DNA from: Amphiscolops sp. MND2022
Lineage: Eukaryota
Direction: 5' to 3'
NCBI GenBank assembly: GCA_964187785.1
Contig: OZ076409.1
Span: 14,386,001-14,450,000, forward strand
Length of the DNA stretch: 64,000 bases
Part shown: positions 12,938 to 24,899 of the stretch, one piece after another
How the letters are laid out: each line of letters starts with the position of its first letter
How positions within the stretch are numbered: the first letter of the stretch is position 1
Notes under the pieces: model-generated
The model's database searches: none
The model's input: only the letters and a program-made list of their open reading frames with translations
Told to the model about the DNA's origin: nothing
Position numbers and translations under genes: made by a program

Positions 12938-13528
12938 ATGGTACGAAAAAACATCTACCTGGACAACCATTCTGAAAATCTTATCTTGTCAGATTCGTTA
13001 TTGAAAGAATTTAAAACTCAATCTTTTAACATTTTATCAGTACCTGGCGCACGACCGGAGGATTTCTACTCGTTCTTACCTCCGTTTTCGAGATTTACTC
13101 GCATTGTACTTTTTGTTGGAGGTAACACTTTAGAGGATTTTACTACCAAAGGTGGTCTTCTCCGCCCTCGAAAAGATCCCATTGTTGTTGCACTTGAAAT
13201 AGTTGACTTAGCCTACACCCTCTCGCTACGATCAGACAGTGTTTTTGTTGTAGGCATTCCCCCACGTGGTTATAGTTGTTTACAATCGAAAGTATCTTCA
13301 TTGAATCGATATTTATCGCACTTTTTAGCAACTACAAGTATTACTTTTGTTGGTATTTCTCATTACCTTTATGATTTGAGTTACATTTCTGACGATTTGT
13401 GTCATTTTCTCCCCAGAGCGTTTGCGAAAATCCATAAACTCTTGAACAGAAAAGTTTTAAAAGAAAAGTTTCACCCATCGAAAGCAAAGAAAGGCAAGAT
13501 TATTAAATCTTGCAGCTATCCCTTTTAA
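12938..13528 (+). CDS. SGNH/GDSL-hydrolase (esterase)-like protein, 196 aa, accessory ORF of the Bel/Pao element
   Basis: Intact ORF from ATG 12938 with SGNH blocks in the correct order and spacing: ILSDSLLK (I), SVPGA (II), VLFVGGNTL (III), VFVVGIPPR, DDLCHF (V, DxxH). Confidence 0.8.
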   Translation: MVRKNIYLDNHSENLILSDSLLKEFKTQSFNILSVPGARPEDFYSFLPPFSRFTRIVLFVGGNTLEDFTTKGGLLRPRKDPIVVALEIVDLAYTLSLRSDSVFVVGIPPRGYSCLQSKVSSLNRYLSHFLATTSITFVGISHYLYDLSYISDDLCHFLPRAFAKIHKLLNRKVLKEKFHPSKAKKGKIIKSCSYPF

Positions 13529-13555
13529 AGTTAGTTTCTTATTCGCCTACGCCTG

Positions 13556-13649
13556 CCTGCCTGAAAAGGGCTGTGCAGCAATCTTTTGCGGTAACCTGCC
13601 TGAAAGGGGCTGTGTTGCTGTTTTATTTGCCTGCCTGAAAGGGGCTGAG
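13556..13649 (+). repeat. Three copies of CCTGCCTGAAARGGGCTGWG between the SGNH ORF and gag
   Basis: Copies at 13556-13575, 13595-13614 and 13630-13649. Confidence 0.9.
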
Positions 13650-13679
13650 CAATTTCAACAAATACTCGAATAGTGAGAC

Positions 13680-16600
13680 ATGACAGACACCGAGAGTGTT
13701 GAAAAACTAAAACGAGCTAAAGCCTCGCGAAAGGCTCATGTTGCGATAATTACTCGCAAACAAGCCACTTTTGAGCAAATTGCTGGCAAGACAACCCTGG
13801 AATCAACAGACGAGGATCGAAACACAGCTGAAACTCTTCTAGCGTCCCTCTCCGATAAAAACAAAGTTGTTGATAGCCTTAATCTTGAAATCCTCGATTT
13901 AACTGAAAACACAGATGACCAAATGGAAGCTGAAATTGTTCACCAAGACGAAATAGACATGAAATTGAAAAGTCTCATTCGTAAAATTGAATCGTGGTTG
14001 AGTGCCAATTTTACAGTACAAGAGAGTCCTCCTGAAGACTCGCTGTCGTCAGTCTCCTCTCATCGTGAGAAGAATATACGTCTTCCCCGGATAGAATTGC
14101 CAACTTTCGATGGTGCCTACAAGGATTGGGTACCATTCTATGACATGTTCAAGGGCACCGTTGACAATCATGCATCACTACCTGCAGTGCAAAAGCTATA
14201 TTACTTGAAAGGAGCTTTACGTGGAGAGGCCAAGAACTTACTAGCACATCTTCCCACAACTGACGCTAACTATTCAGTGGCATTGAATCTCCTCCAAGGA
14301 CGTTACGAGAATCAGTTTATGATAACTAAAGCTCATTTGACCAATATATTTAAGATTGGAGCTGTCAAACCTGATCACCCTGAAAGCCTTAGAAAACTGC
14401 TAAATTCGTTTACCGAGAACGAGATGGCGCTGAAGGCTCTTGGCCTCGGCTCGACAGAATGTGATTTTCTGTGGATTCATATTTTATCGGAAAAATTGGA
14501 TACAGTGTCAGCGCGTGAATGGCAATTGAGTAACAAAGATGGTAAAGTAAAGACTTTACAGGAATTTCGCCAATTTCTTGATCAACGTGCAACCGCCCTC
14601 GAAGCGGTTCAGAAGCTGCAATCTACAAGCGTTTCCCCGAAAGAAAGACCAAAAGAGACCAGCAACGGACAGAGTTATGCAACTACTTCAAAAGAATGTC
14701 CTGTTTGAAAGCAATCTCATCGCATCTACCTTTGTCCTAAGTTCACTTCCTCTGAGGTCTCTGTCCGGCGTGAAACAGCCAAAGAATTGCGCCTTTGCTT
14801 CAATTGCCTCCGCCACGGTCACGCAATCCGGAATTGTTCATCGAAAACAGTCTGCCGCACATGTGGTCAGAAACATCACACACTATTACATGACTCGAGT
14901 TTGAAAATACCTCGTCGCAGTGATACTTCAGAGTTTGCTGGTCATCAGAAAGACACCACCAAGCACACCCCATGCACCATGCTTTCGACAGCTATGGTAT
15001 CCATTAAAGATAGTTTCGGCAAGCTTGTTTCATGTCGCGCCTTACTCGATAGTGGCTCGCAGATGAGTTTCATAACACATACAATGGTTGAGAAGTTGAA
15101 GTTAAACAAAGAGATAACCCAATTGAGTCTCAGTGGAGTTGGTGGCATAACCACGAATAAATATACATCCCGTACAACACTCGACCTTGCCACGGATCAG
15201 GGGACCATCGAGGTCAAAGCCTATGTCCTGAAAACAATAACAGGTTGCATTCCTAGTAGACCATTGGATATTTCGAGATTACCCTCATTGAAGCAATACT
15301 ACTTGGCTGATCCGACTTTCAACACTTCTGCTTCTGTCGATCTCTTACTTGGTGCTGACATCTTCGAAAAATTGATAATGAATCAACGGGAGGAGATAAC
15401 CCCGGGTCTTTTCCTGCGCAAAACTATTTTCGGCTGGGTCTTTGTTGGCCAACAAGAGTCGCAGACATCGACGGTGGTCGTGAATTGTCATTTGTCGTTA
15501 GAAGAATCTGTCAGAAAATTCTGGGAGATTGAAAACTTTCCATCGCAAACGTTTCAAACCAAAGAAGAAATCGAATGTGAGGTTCATTTCCAAGAAACTA
15601 CTAGAATTGAAAATGATCGTTTTGTTGTAAAATTACCCTTCAAAAAGCATTCTTCTCTTGGTGAAAGCCTGCCTCAAGCCAAGCGACGCTTCGAATCACT
15701 TGAGCGGCGTTTAGACCAAAATCCTGAATTGAAAGAAAGGTACACAAGTTTCATTGATGAATTTCTTTGTCTTAAACATATGGAAGAAGTACCGGAAAAT
15801 GAAATTGTGAAATCATCATCAGAAGTATATTATCTACCGCATCACTGTGTACTCAAGGAAAGTTCAAAAACGACCAAACTTCGCGTTGTCTTCGACGGTT
15901 CAGCAAAAACCAGCAATGGATGCTCGTTAAACGACAACCTGCTGGTTGGTCCTGTTGTTCAAGATAATTTAATAGCCATCTTGACACGCTTTCGGTTCAA
16001 TGTTGTTGCCTTATCAGCAGACATATCTAAAATGTATCGACAAGTAGTTCTAGATAATCCGGAGAAGGACTTCCATAGAATTCTCTGGCGTGAAAGTAAA
16101 GATGGACCACTTCGCCACTTGCGAATGAAACGCGTGACATACGGAATAGCCTCTTCGGCTTTTCATTCTACCCGATGTTTAAAAGAGATAGCGAACCGCA
16201 CAGAAAACTCAATTGTGAGAGATTGTTTGAATAGATGCTTCTACGTCGACGATTTTCTTGGCGGAGCTCCAACAATTGATGATGCGAAATCTTTGTTAGA
16301 CAATCTTGTTAAAGAACTTCGACGTTATGGCTTCGATTTGAGAAAATGGGCGTCAAGTCATACTGAACTAATCTCTGAGCTGCCTGTCGAAATGAGAGAA
16401 AATGCTGACTCACTGGAACTGTTTTCGGAAGAATACAGAATCAAAGCTCTGGGTATTTCCTGGCATCCCAATACGGATATGTTTTTTTTTCAATGTAGAT
16501 CTGGAGGAAATCACGGAACCAACAAAACGAGCTCTTTTGTCAGACTCGTCAAAAATATTCGATCCTATGGGTTGGGTATCGCCTGTAATCATTCTTTTCA

Positions 16601-18783
16601 AAAGTCTTGTTCAGCGCACATGGGTGCAAGATTTGTCATGGGATGACAAACTTCCCGATGACCTGGTTGAGCAGTGGTACAGAATACGTAAGGAACTGGA
16701 GTATCTTAACACGATAAAAATTCCTCGTTGCGTTCGGCCTCCAAAAACAACCGCACTTGAGCTCCATGTCTTCTGTGATGCCTCAGAGATGGCTTATGCG
16801 GCAGTGGTCTACATAAGAGCTCGGGGTCCAACAGGTATTTCTTGTAAACTTTTGACTTCTAAGACTAAGGTTGCCCCTGTGAAAGCTCTGTCCATGCCTC
16901 GTCTTGAGTTGTGCGCTGCGACTCTGGGAGCCAATCTTACAAATTCTCTTCGTCAAACACTTGAAGTGTCTTTAGTAACTGCTTGGACCGACTCTACAAT
17001 CGTTCTTAATTGGCTTTCCAAGCTTCCCCGCACTTGGAATACGTTTGTTGCAAACAGAGTTGCAACTGTGCAGGAAGAAATTCCACGCAATCAGTGGAAG
17101 TACGTTCCAAGCAAGGATAATCCTGCTGACATGGCTTCACGTGGATTATTAGCCTCCGAGATCATAGAAAATGCGCTTTGGTGGAATGGACCGGAGTGGT
17201 TGTCAGTTGATGACGCTGAATGGCCTCTGACGCCCTCGACTGAAGAGACACTTCTAGAGAAACGATTGAATAAAAGCATATGCACCGTTGTTACACAGAT
17301 TCTGCCGTTGAATATTGAAAAATTCTCTTCTTTGCAGAAATTATTTCGAGTTTTCGGCTACGTTCTAAGGTTCATTGCGCAAGTGAAAGTGCGGTGCGGT
17401 TTTAAAATTCAATCTTCCGCACAAGTATCAGACAGCTTAACTGCTATTGAACTTGGAGACGCCTCTTATCTATTAGTGTCTTATGAACAACAAAAGCTAT
17501 TGAAGGAAGAATTTTCGTTACTTCAGCAGGGAGGCGAGCTTCCCAAAAACAGTCCCTACATCAGCCTATGTCCCTTCTTTGACAAAGACTTCAATGTGAT
17601 TCGAGTAGGTGGTCGCCTAGCGAACTCTGATTACGACTCTTTGAAAAAATTTCCTCTTCTCTTACCGAAAACCTCCTCTCTGGTTCCGCTAATCATTAGA
17701 TATTTTCATGAAGCAACGCTTCATGGCGGTGATAGTATGACTCTTGCGGCTCTCCGAGAAACATATTGGATCATAGGAGTCAGAATAATGATCAGAAAAA
17801 TCATCAAAAATTGTATCAAATGCTGTCGTTTTTCCCTGAAGTCAACAACGCAACAGATGGCAGATCTGCCACTTGAGCGGATAACACCATCCCGACCATT
17901 TTTGCAAAGTGGTTTAGATTTCGCAGGACCTTTGAAAGTCAAATGTTCCGGAAAAGTTTATATCGCTATTTTTGTTTGTTTGTCAACTAAAGCCGTGCAT
18001 ATGGAACTTGTCGGTAACTTATCAAAGGACGCTTGTATTCTGGCCTTGAAGCGTTTCTTTGCCCGAAGAGGCACACCGTCAAAAATTCTCAGTGATAATG
18101 GGACTAACTTCATTGGGGCAAGGAATGATCTTCTCAAGTTGAATGAAGTATTTGAATCAAAAAACAAAGATTCTGTTGTTTCCTTCGCTGAACAACGCGG
18201 AACGGAATGGGTAACAATTCCACCAAGAGCTCCTCATTTTGGCGGTATATGGGAAGCAGCAGTGAAAAGTATTAAACATCATCTTCGTCGTGTGGTCGGT
18301 ACACAAATTCTCCACTATGAAGAGCTTTCTACTATCTTATGTCAAATCGAAGCAGTCTTGAACTCCAGACCCTTAGTCCCGCTTTCTAGTGACCCAAATG
18401 ACTTGCAAGTGATTACACCGAATCATTTTTTAATTGGGGGATCGCCAAACGAACCCGATAGGCAAGAATCAAAAGTTCCACTCAACTGCCGCTACAGACT
18501 TCTCCAGCAGATCCAAAAGGACTTCTGGAAAATGTGGAAGAAAGATTATCTGGGCTCACTTCAGATAAGGAAAAAATGGGCACAGAGTTCCGCAAATCTC
18601 AAAATTGGAGACCTAGTTCTACTGGCAGACGATGATTGTCGTGCAATGCAATGGAAAATTGGTCGAATTAAAGAAGTATATACCGGAAATGATGGACTTG
18701 TACGAGTTGTTAAAGTGAAAACTCAGCAATGTGATTTAATCCGGCCAATAGTAAAACTTCGAAAACTCCCAATCTCTTGTTGA
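13680..18783 (+). pseudogene. gag-pol: Bel/Pao gag-pol polyprotein (Gag, Zn knuckles, protease, RT, RNase H, integrase) with two disablements
   Basis: Motifs: Gag LPRIELPTFDG, knuckle CFNCLRHGHAIRNC, PR ALLDSGSQ, RT FYVDD, RH FCDAS, IN GLDFAGP/SDNGTNF/GIWEAAVK. Lesions: in-frame TGA at 14706-14708 (CPV*KQSHRIYLC) and a +1 T in the T9 run at 16482-16490. Confidence 0.93.
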
Positions 18784-18825
18784 CTTTAACGCGCCCTCAC
18801 TTACAATTTTCTTAATCATACTGAT

Positions 18826-18839
18826 CAAGGGGTGCGGTA
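18826..18839 (+). promoter_or_regulatory. Polypurine tract of the Bel/Pao element
   Basis: CAAGGGGTGCGGTA immediately precedes the 3' LTR. Confidence 0.7.
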
Positions 18840-19089
18840 TGTTGAATGTCATTTGAACTAAATTGAATCTAAAAAAAAACTTGTTCATGCATCTCAAAGT
18901 TGCTCAGTCTCAAATAATTTGTTCTGAACTATTCTGCCGCCGTTTTAATGTTGGTTCACAATTTGGTCTGAATTAATCTTTGAAACACGTTCTAGTTGAA
19001 GTTTGACTTCCACCCAAGCTTTGAGCTATCTAGCTATAGCACAAGTTAACAATTTAGCAGAGCTGTCTCGCCACAGCATACTACAAACA
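18840..19089 (+). repeat. Bel/Pao 3' LTR
   Basis: Direct repeat of 12627-12876, followed by CTAG. Confidence 0.97.
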
Positions 19090-19120
19090 CTAGTACTTAT
19101 GAATATATGCTCCCTACGAA

Positions 19121-20405
19121 AATCAAGACGGGACCGGTCCAAGTCTGCGCCCCACTCAAGTTTCAAAAAGCCAAGTTCCTTGAATATGCAAAGGACACTA
19201 TTGTTAAATTTTCATCAATTTTTCATGGCCGATAACTACCCTAAGGGATACGTATAAGACTCGGAAACCACTTTTTCCCCAACTGGAAACACAAAAAAAA
19301 ATTAGGTATTTGATTTTTTTCCGCAAAAGTTGCATAGTGTCGAAAAAGGAGCTTTCAACTCGCAAACTACTTTCTTTTCGAGCCAAAATTAGCTTTGAAA
19401 GTGAGTGAGGGGAAATGAAAGTTTCGGAAAAAAAATGCATGTAGCCGAAGAAGAATCATATAAAAAGTCTTTTTCACAGCCATTGAAAACACTCATCAGG
19501 ATCAAAATCCACAGGACCAAAGAAGTTACCCTAGTTGAGACTGCAGTAACTTTTTACATGCTGCAGGCCTGCATGCAGGGTAATTTTTTATAAAACCTAG
19601 AAAATTCAGTGACATTTCAGGCGGTAAATCTTGTAGAATTACACTGCATTTTCCACTACTGCAATTAAATTTGAAAATAAATACAACATCATCACCGACA
19701 CGACCACTTTGTATTTACACTTTGTTTTCTCAACAACTCATCTGAAGTGATCACCGCTTTTTAAATAGGACGCTAAACATGACTCTACTTTGCAGTTTAT
19801 TACGTGACTAAAGTTATTTTGCATTAAAATGGCTGTTGAACTGAGAGCGATTTATTTGCTTTTAAAATTAGAACAGCTTCTTTAAGAAACCTGCGAAACT
19901 TCCAGGACTAAAATTGCCGCCAAAACTTTGATGAATCTTTCAAGCAGCTTGATAAAAGTCGAATACAACAGGTAAATATTTTCGCATTAAAATTTCCGTA
20001 AGAGTTTTAGAAAATCATAAATAAAAGTTGCTGGCAACATTAAAGTACATGCAAAAAGTTCAAGAAGTTTCAACCAGGGTACTCTCAAGACTGGGGAAAC
20101 AATTTTACTTCGCAGAAAGCCTCGAAAAACCAAAAACTTCTTTTGGCTCGGTAAGTCGCATAGTGCCGGAAAAACCTAAAGTGGACATCTTTGCTTGCAA
20201 AATGCTTTGCTTCAGCTGAAAATCGAGGGAGGGGTTTTAGATCTGAAAAAAATCTGAAAAAAAGACGCTTTGCCCCAAAAAAATCTAAAGGGGTACGCTA
20301 TGCTCTCCCCCTTACTTTTGTAAACCTAAAACGTTTTTGGTTTAGTGCATAACTCGAAGGCGTCGCCACCGGGAAAAGAAATCCGCGTTGACCACTAGGC
20401 CAAGT
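19121..20405 (-). mobile_element. HINE/DINE-1-like remnant(s), probably interrupted
   Basis: End aatcaagacgggaccggtccaagtctgcgcccc, with internal blocks shared with 1308-2040 (actcggaaaccactttttcccaactggaa) and 5915-6773. Right boundary approximate. Confidence 0.5.
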
Positions 20406-23400
20406 GGGAATCAGAAGTTACCAACTTTGCCAAAATCGAAAAACCTAATTTAGAGAACTATTTTGGCTTGTTTAAGCATATGGAAAAAAATTGAAACATT
20501 TGATGAAGTTTTAAAATGACCCTCAAAGCCACTGAACGACAAAAAATGGGAACATGTTTCCTATCATCCCCCCAAGCGGCTGCGAGGGAGGATAATAAAC
20601 AAGGTTCAAATACCATTATGTCGACATCGTTTGCGTTGAATTTTTAGTCCAATAAAATAATTGATTTCCACATAATCCTTTTATTTACAATAACTGCAAG
20701 TTAGAAGTTGCTCATAAATTTTATGGCGGAAAAATGCGTTGAAATATACGATTTCTTTCTATACGATTTTAGCTTATTCCTGACGTGAATTTTGGCTACT
20801 TTGGACAATAATATCAAACAAATATGGTCATTTTTCTGCTGGAAGTGTCAAAACAGCTGTAGAGACAATCCTCTGAGTACTTACGTTCATATAGTAGACT
20901 CTTCTTCGTGAAGTATTTTTCTTCAAGAATAAAATGCTGTTTTGTGCTTGGGGGATTCGAGATTCGAAACAAGTTGTACCTGGGGGAGGGGAAGAAACAT
21001 GGTTCAAAAAATCTTTTTTCTTTGTCATGGAAAAATGATTGACCTTGAGATCTGTCTAAATAAGAATGTGGGACGGCGAATCATTATTTTAAATGAAGAT
21101 CCAAAAAACTTATAAGGAACATTGAAGTGCTTCGGAAATTCTTCAAGCATAAAAAAGCGTGAATAAAACAAATAATCTTGAAATACTTTATTGATGTAGA
21201 GAATTTATCAACGATTCAATGCTGTTTTTTCCTAAGTTGCGAATTTCTCAAGATCTAACAATTTATGTGCACCTGCTCGCCTGGATTTGAAATTGCTGGC
21301 AAAGTCATAAGAGGTTTGGAGTTAGAGAAAGTTTGAAATCAACATCTTTATGACCCAATGATTAAACTTTTGACCTAAAATGCTTTTTCAAACAATCTTA
21401 GAACTTCTGTTCAAACAACTATTATCTGTGAATTACTTTAATCGTTCATGTTTTTCTCCAAGCTACAGTCAGTCGACATTCTGTCATGAAATAAGTAGGA
21501 AAAGTAGGATTAAAAAATCAAGATAAAGTTGATCAATATCTTTATTTTTAGTGACAGGAATTTCGATGGAAATGCAATGTTTCACTTAAAGAACACCCCA
21601 AAATTGGCTGTGCAGAAACGTGAATTACTTTCAGCTAAGTTGTTGTCAGGAACCTAGAGCCATGTAATCCGTTCAATCCTTTTCTTTTTCACAAAACGTG
21701 TAGACAGATAGACTGCCACTAATTCGCCCGTTATGAAATAAAATTCCATCTCAAAGCAAGTGCAATTTCAAGTACTGCACTGACTCAAAATGTGGTCGAA
21801 AAGCAAGATGTTTGAAAAACTTGTAGGCATTGCAAAAATTAGGTTTGAGTTGGCAGTTTAAAAAGAATCTGTAATCGGATACTAAGTTTTTGCAGTTTTC
21901 GCTCCAGCACTGCTCATAAATATAAATATTGAAAAACATTTCTTCTTTGGTAGTTGGAACTTTGATCCAAATGCAATGTTTTGTGCGTATGAACTGCCTG
22001 GTCTAGCAGACGGTCTTCATGTGTTTTTCTATTATTTACAACTACCTATGCGCATTTGTTGTTTGTCTGCAAATACATGCAGTATAGTACATTTCGGTTT
22101 CATTCTCTCTCTCTCAACTAGCAGCGAACCGTCTCTCCTTTCACGCCTGAGACGGAAATAATATCCCTGGTGATGTTAAGATGCATCACAATTAAGCGGA
22201 ATTTGATCCACGGGGTACTTATTAGATATAATGTACAAAACAATTCCCAACAGATTCTTCATAATGTCTAAGCAGTGGAAAATGCGAAAAAGTCTCCCAT
22301 TTGGAACAGATATTCCTGAACTTTTCATTTTTTGCGTATCTCGCCAATGGGAGAAATGAATTAACCCTAAATGGACAAGGAAATTTCCGAACATTTGCAA
22401 TTCAGTATGTTCCAAAACATACTACGGCCGCTTCGACCCAACCTTGATACAAGTAGGATAAAGTGGCCACAAAGGGTAACTGAAAAAAAAACGGCCCGGT
22501 TTCTTGATTTCAGAGACATCAAGTCAATATTCCGCGAAAAGGCGTGCAATGCTATGTAATATTGTCTGAAAATCTTATTCAAGAGTTTTCTTCACCTTAT
22601 TGTCAGCTAGTGCCTTCGGTAATTTGCCGACGCTAATTAGTACGAAATCTTACCATCTGCATTTAGGGTTTAAAAACATTCGTTAAAAACAAATACTCTC
22701 AGAAACAAGTTATGAATATTGCAGCTATAGCTCATGAGTGAATAAAGGAAGAATTGACTGCCGATCGAAGTTAAGGACAAGCGAAACTGTTTCGCCAAAG
22801 TAAAATACCAAGTTCGGAACCAAAAAATGCTAAAAATCTTTTTAAGGACGCTTTATGACGTTGAAAAAGCTTGTTTTGATTTGGGATTGAGCTTCACAGC
22901 TATTTCGAATCGTCTTGACAAAAAGTCAGATTCACGTTTCCGTTTGAATTCCGCTTCTTTCTGTGTAGCTTTAGGCTCTACACTGCTGTTATGCGCAGTT
23001 CTTTTAATTTTTTTTGGTGACTTGGAGCGATTCACCCGACTCTTAAAGCAGTTGACATTCACTCTATCAAGTTGAGCGTAATTTAACGAACTTCAACTGA
23101 CTTTAGAGACGTCAATGTCACACGAACACGTATTCAAAAGAGCTTGTTCAAACACTTCAGTTTGAAGTTGGAGCAAATTTTGACAGCTCAAGTCTTTCCA
23201 AGTTTTCCTGCTTCATCAGCAGTCATGTTCCTTGAAAGGATTCAGGGCTTCGGAAATGACAGCAGTTGCTATATCAGAGTTTTAAACGGAAAACTCTTTC
23301 AAATTTCTGAATGTTTTAAATGGAATTTTATGTTTCTTTGACAATTTGAGTTTGAAATTCAAATATTTTTGAAGAAAGTGTGAGAGCTAAGTTAATCTCA

Positions 23401-23495
23401 AACTCGACATCTAAACCTAATTAAAAACAGTTAGTTGTTGAAATTTATTTACAAATATTAAGATATCCAGCTTAAAAGATAGTAACAGACGGAAT

Positions 23496-23664
23496 GGATG
23501 TTGAAAAATCCCAAAGGGTCCTCCCGTTCAGTTTTTTTCGGCATTGTGAGACTTTTATTCAAAAAATTTTTTCATAAACGGTTTCAAATTCACCAATACT
23601 TTGACATTTTGAAATCCTTTTGCTATTTTTGAGCCTTAGATATGGCGCCGACTTGGGCCGGTCC
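23496..23664 (+). mobile_element. 3' fragment of a HINE/DINE-1-like element
   Basis: tttttgagccttagatatggcgccgacttgggccggtcc matches the family 3' end. Confidence 0.55.
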
Positions 23665-24899
23665 TTATCTGAGTTACTAGAACAGCTAACAAAACAACGC
23701 GATAAAATGGCGCTGCGAGATTAGAAAGACTCGGGCAGAAAGACAGCAACAAGTGGAACGTCAGCTTTGGCAACTCCTCAATAACTTCAATTAACTGAAA
23801 TACCAATATGATAAACTAATATGATTTATTTTATCTGAACTAATCGATCAGAAACATTGGCCGTTTCTAGTTAAAACATTTTGCAAGCAACGTCCCGACT
23901 ATTACAATGACTTGTGTTTTTTCGCCATATTGTCCATTTTTCGCGCTAAAAGCAGCCTAAAGATGCCCCTACTGACTATTTTAGCTTTTAGCCAGAAATT
24001 TGAAAATACATGTGAACAAAAGTTCTTTTTTGGTTTTGTTCCGGCACTGTTTGACTTTCTCGGAATATTTCAAATTTCTTTTCTTCGGTTTTTGAGTGAT
24101 TTCAAGCCCAATTTGGGGTCCAAACGTTTTTCTTTTGAACGTATTTGGTCTTCTGTGGTTTTTCCTAAACTTACTTTAATTGAGAACAAATGCAATCATG
24201 GGAGGCGCCTGGCATTTAAAACATTTCTTTAAAGATCTTGTAAGTAAATGTAATGTATCCATTGTAACAATATTACAAGGAAATGTTACCATAGTATGAT
24301 CTTTCGTGGTAACGCGTTGATCGCTAGATCATCTCAAGGAAAACCTTGGTTTAAAGATCTTGCAAGATTTTTTTCAAAATTTCCAAATAAAATGCCAAAT
24401 CCTGTGAGATCTTGAAAGTTTCTCGCTAGATCCTTGCCAGAAACGCGTTGTTTCCCAACCTGAATTTTTAAATTTTTATAGAAATGACTTGTTGGATGAG
24501 TGGGGCGCAGAATTTACACGTTCCCGTTGTAAAGTCATTTACTGTTTACCAGATAGTGTTGGTCTTTGTCCACATATAAAAATACATATTAGCAATTTTG
24601 TAGTCGATTCTACTGCCACGAAGACTCCTTGATTATCCCTTGATTATCCGGAAATCTTTGATCGTGTCGAACATCGTATATTTTAACGACAGTATGTATC
24701 AGGTCAAGAAGAACAGAGCGTCGTTGAAGATTTTTTGAAAAACTGAAAATTTCTCTAATTTCAGTGACATGAACAAAAAATGATTTGAAATTTGAAATAA
24801 AAAGTTTATAATTGGATTTGTCACTTATTTTAGGTCTTTCCGACGAACTTTTTTCATACATAATTGTTATTTTCTTTCTGAAAAAAAAACATCCTGCGT

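Larger units (their letters stand above)
12627..19089 (+). mobile_element. Full-length Bel/Pao LTR retrotransposon (6463 bp) with an extra SGNH ORF
   Basis: 250-bp LTRs (TGTT...AACA) with 3 mismatches seen, CTAG duplicated on both flanks, PBS and PPT present. Bel/Pao-diagnostic Pol motifs: YYLPHH, KLRVVFDGSAK, FCDASEMAY, PRLEL, DNPAD. Confidence 0.97.

Noticed and set aside
13556..13649. CRISPR-like array or lambda boxB sites
   Set aside because: Only three 20-bp units with 15-19-nt spacers, inside a eukaryotic retrotransposon and with no cas genes. The boxB resemblance is probably coincidental.
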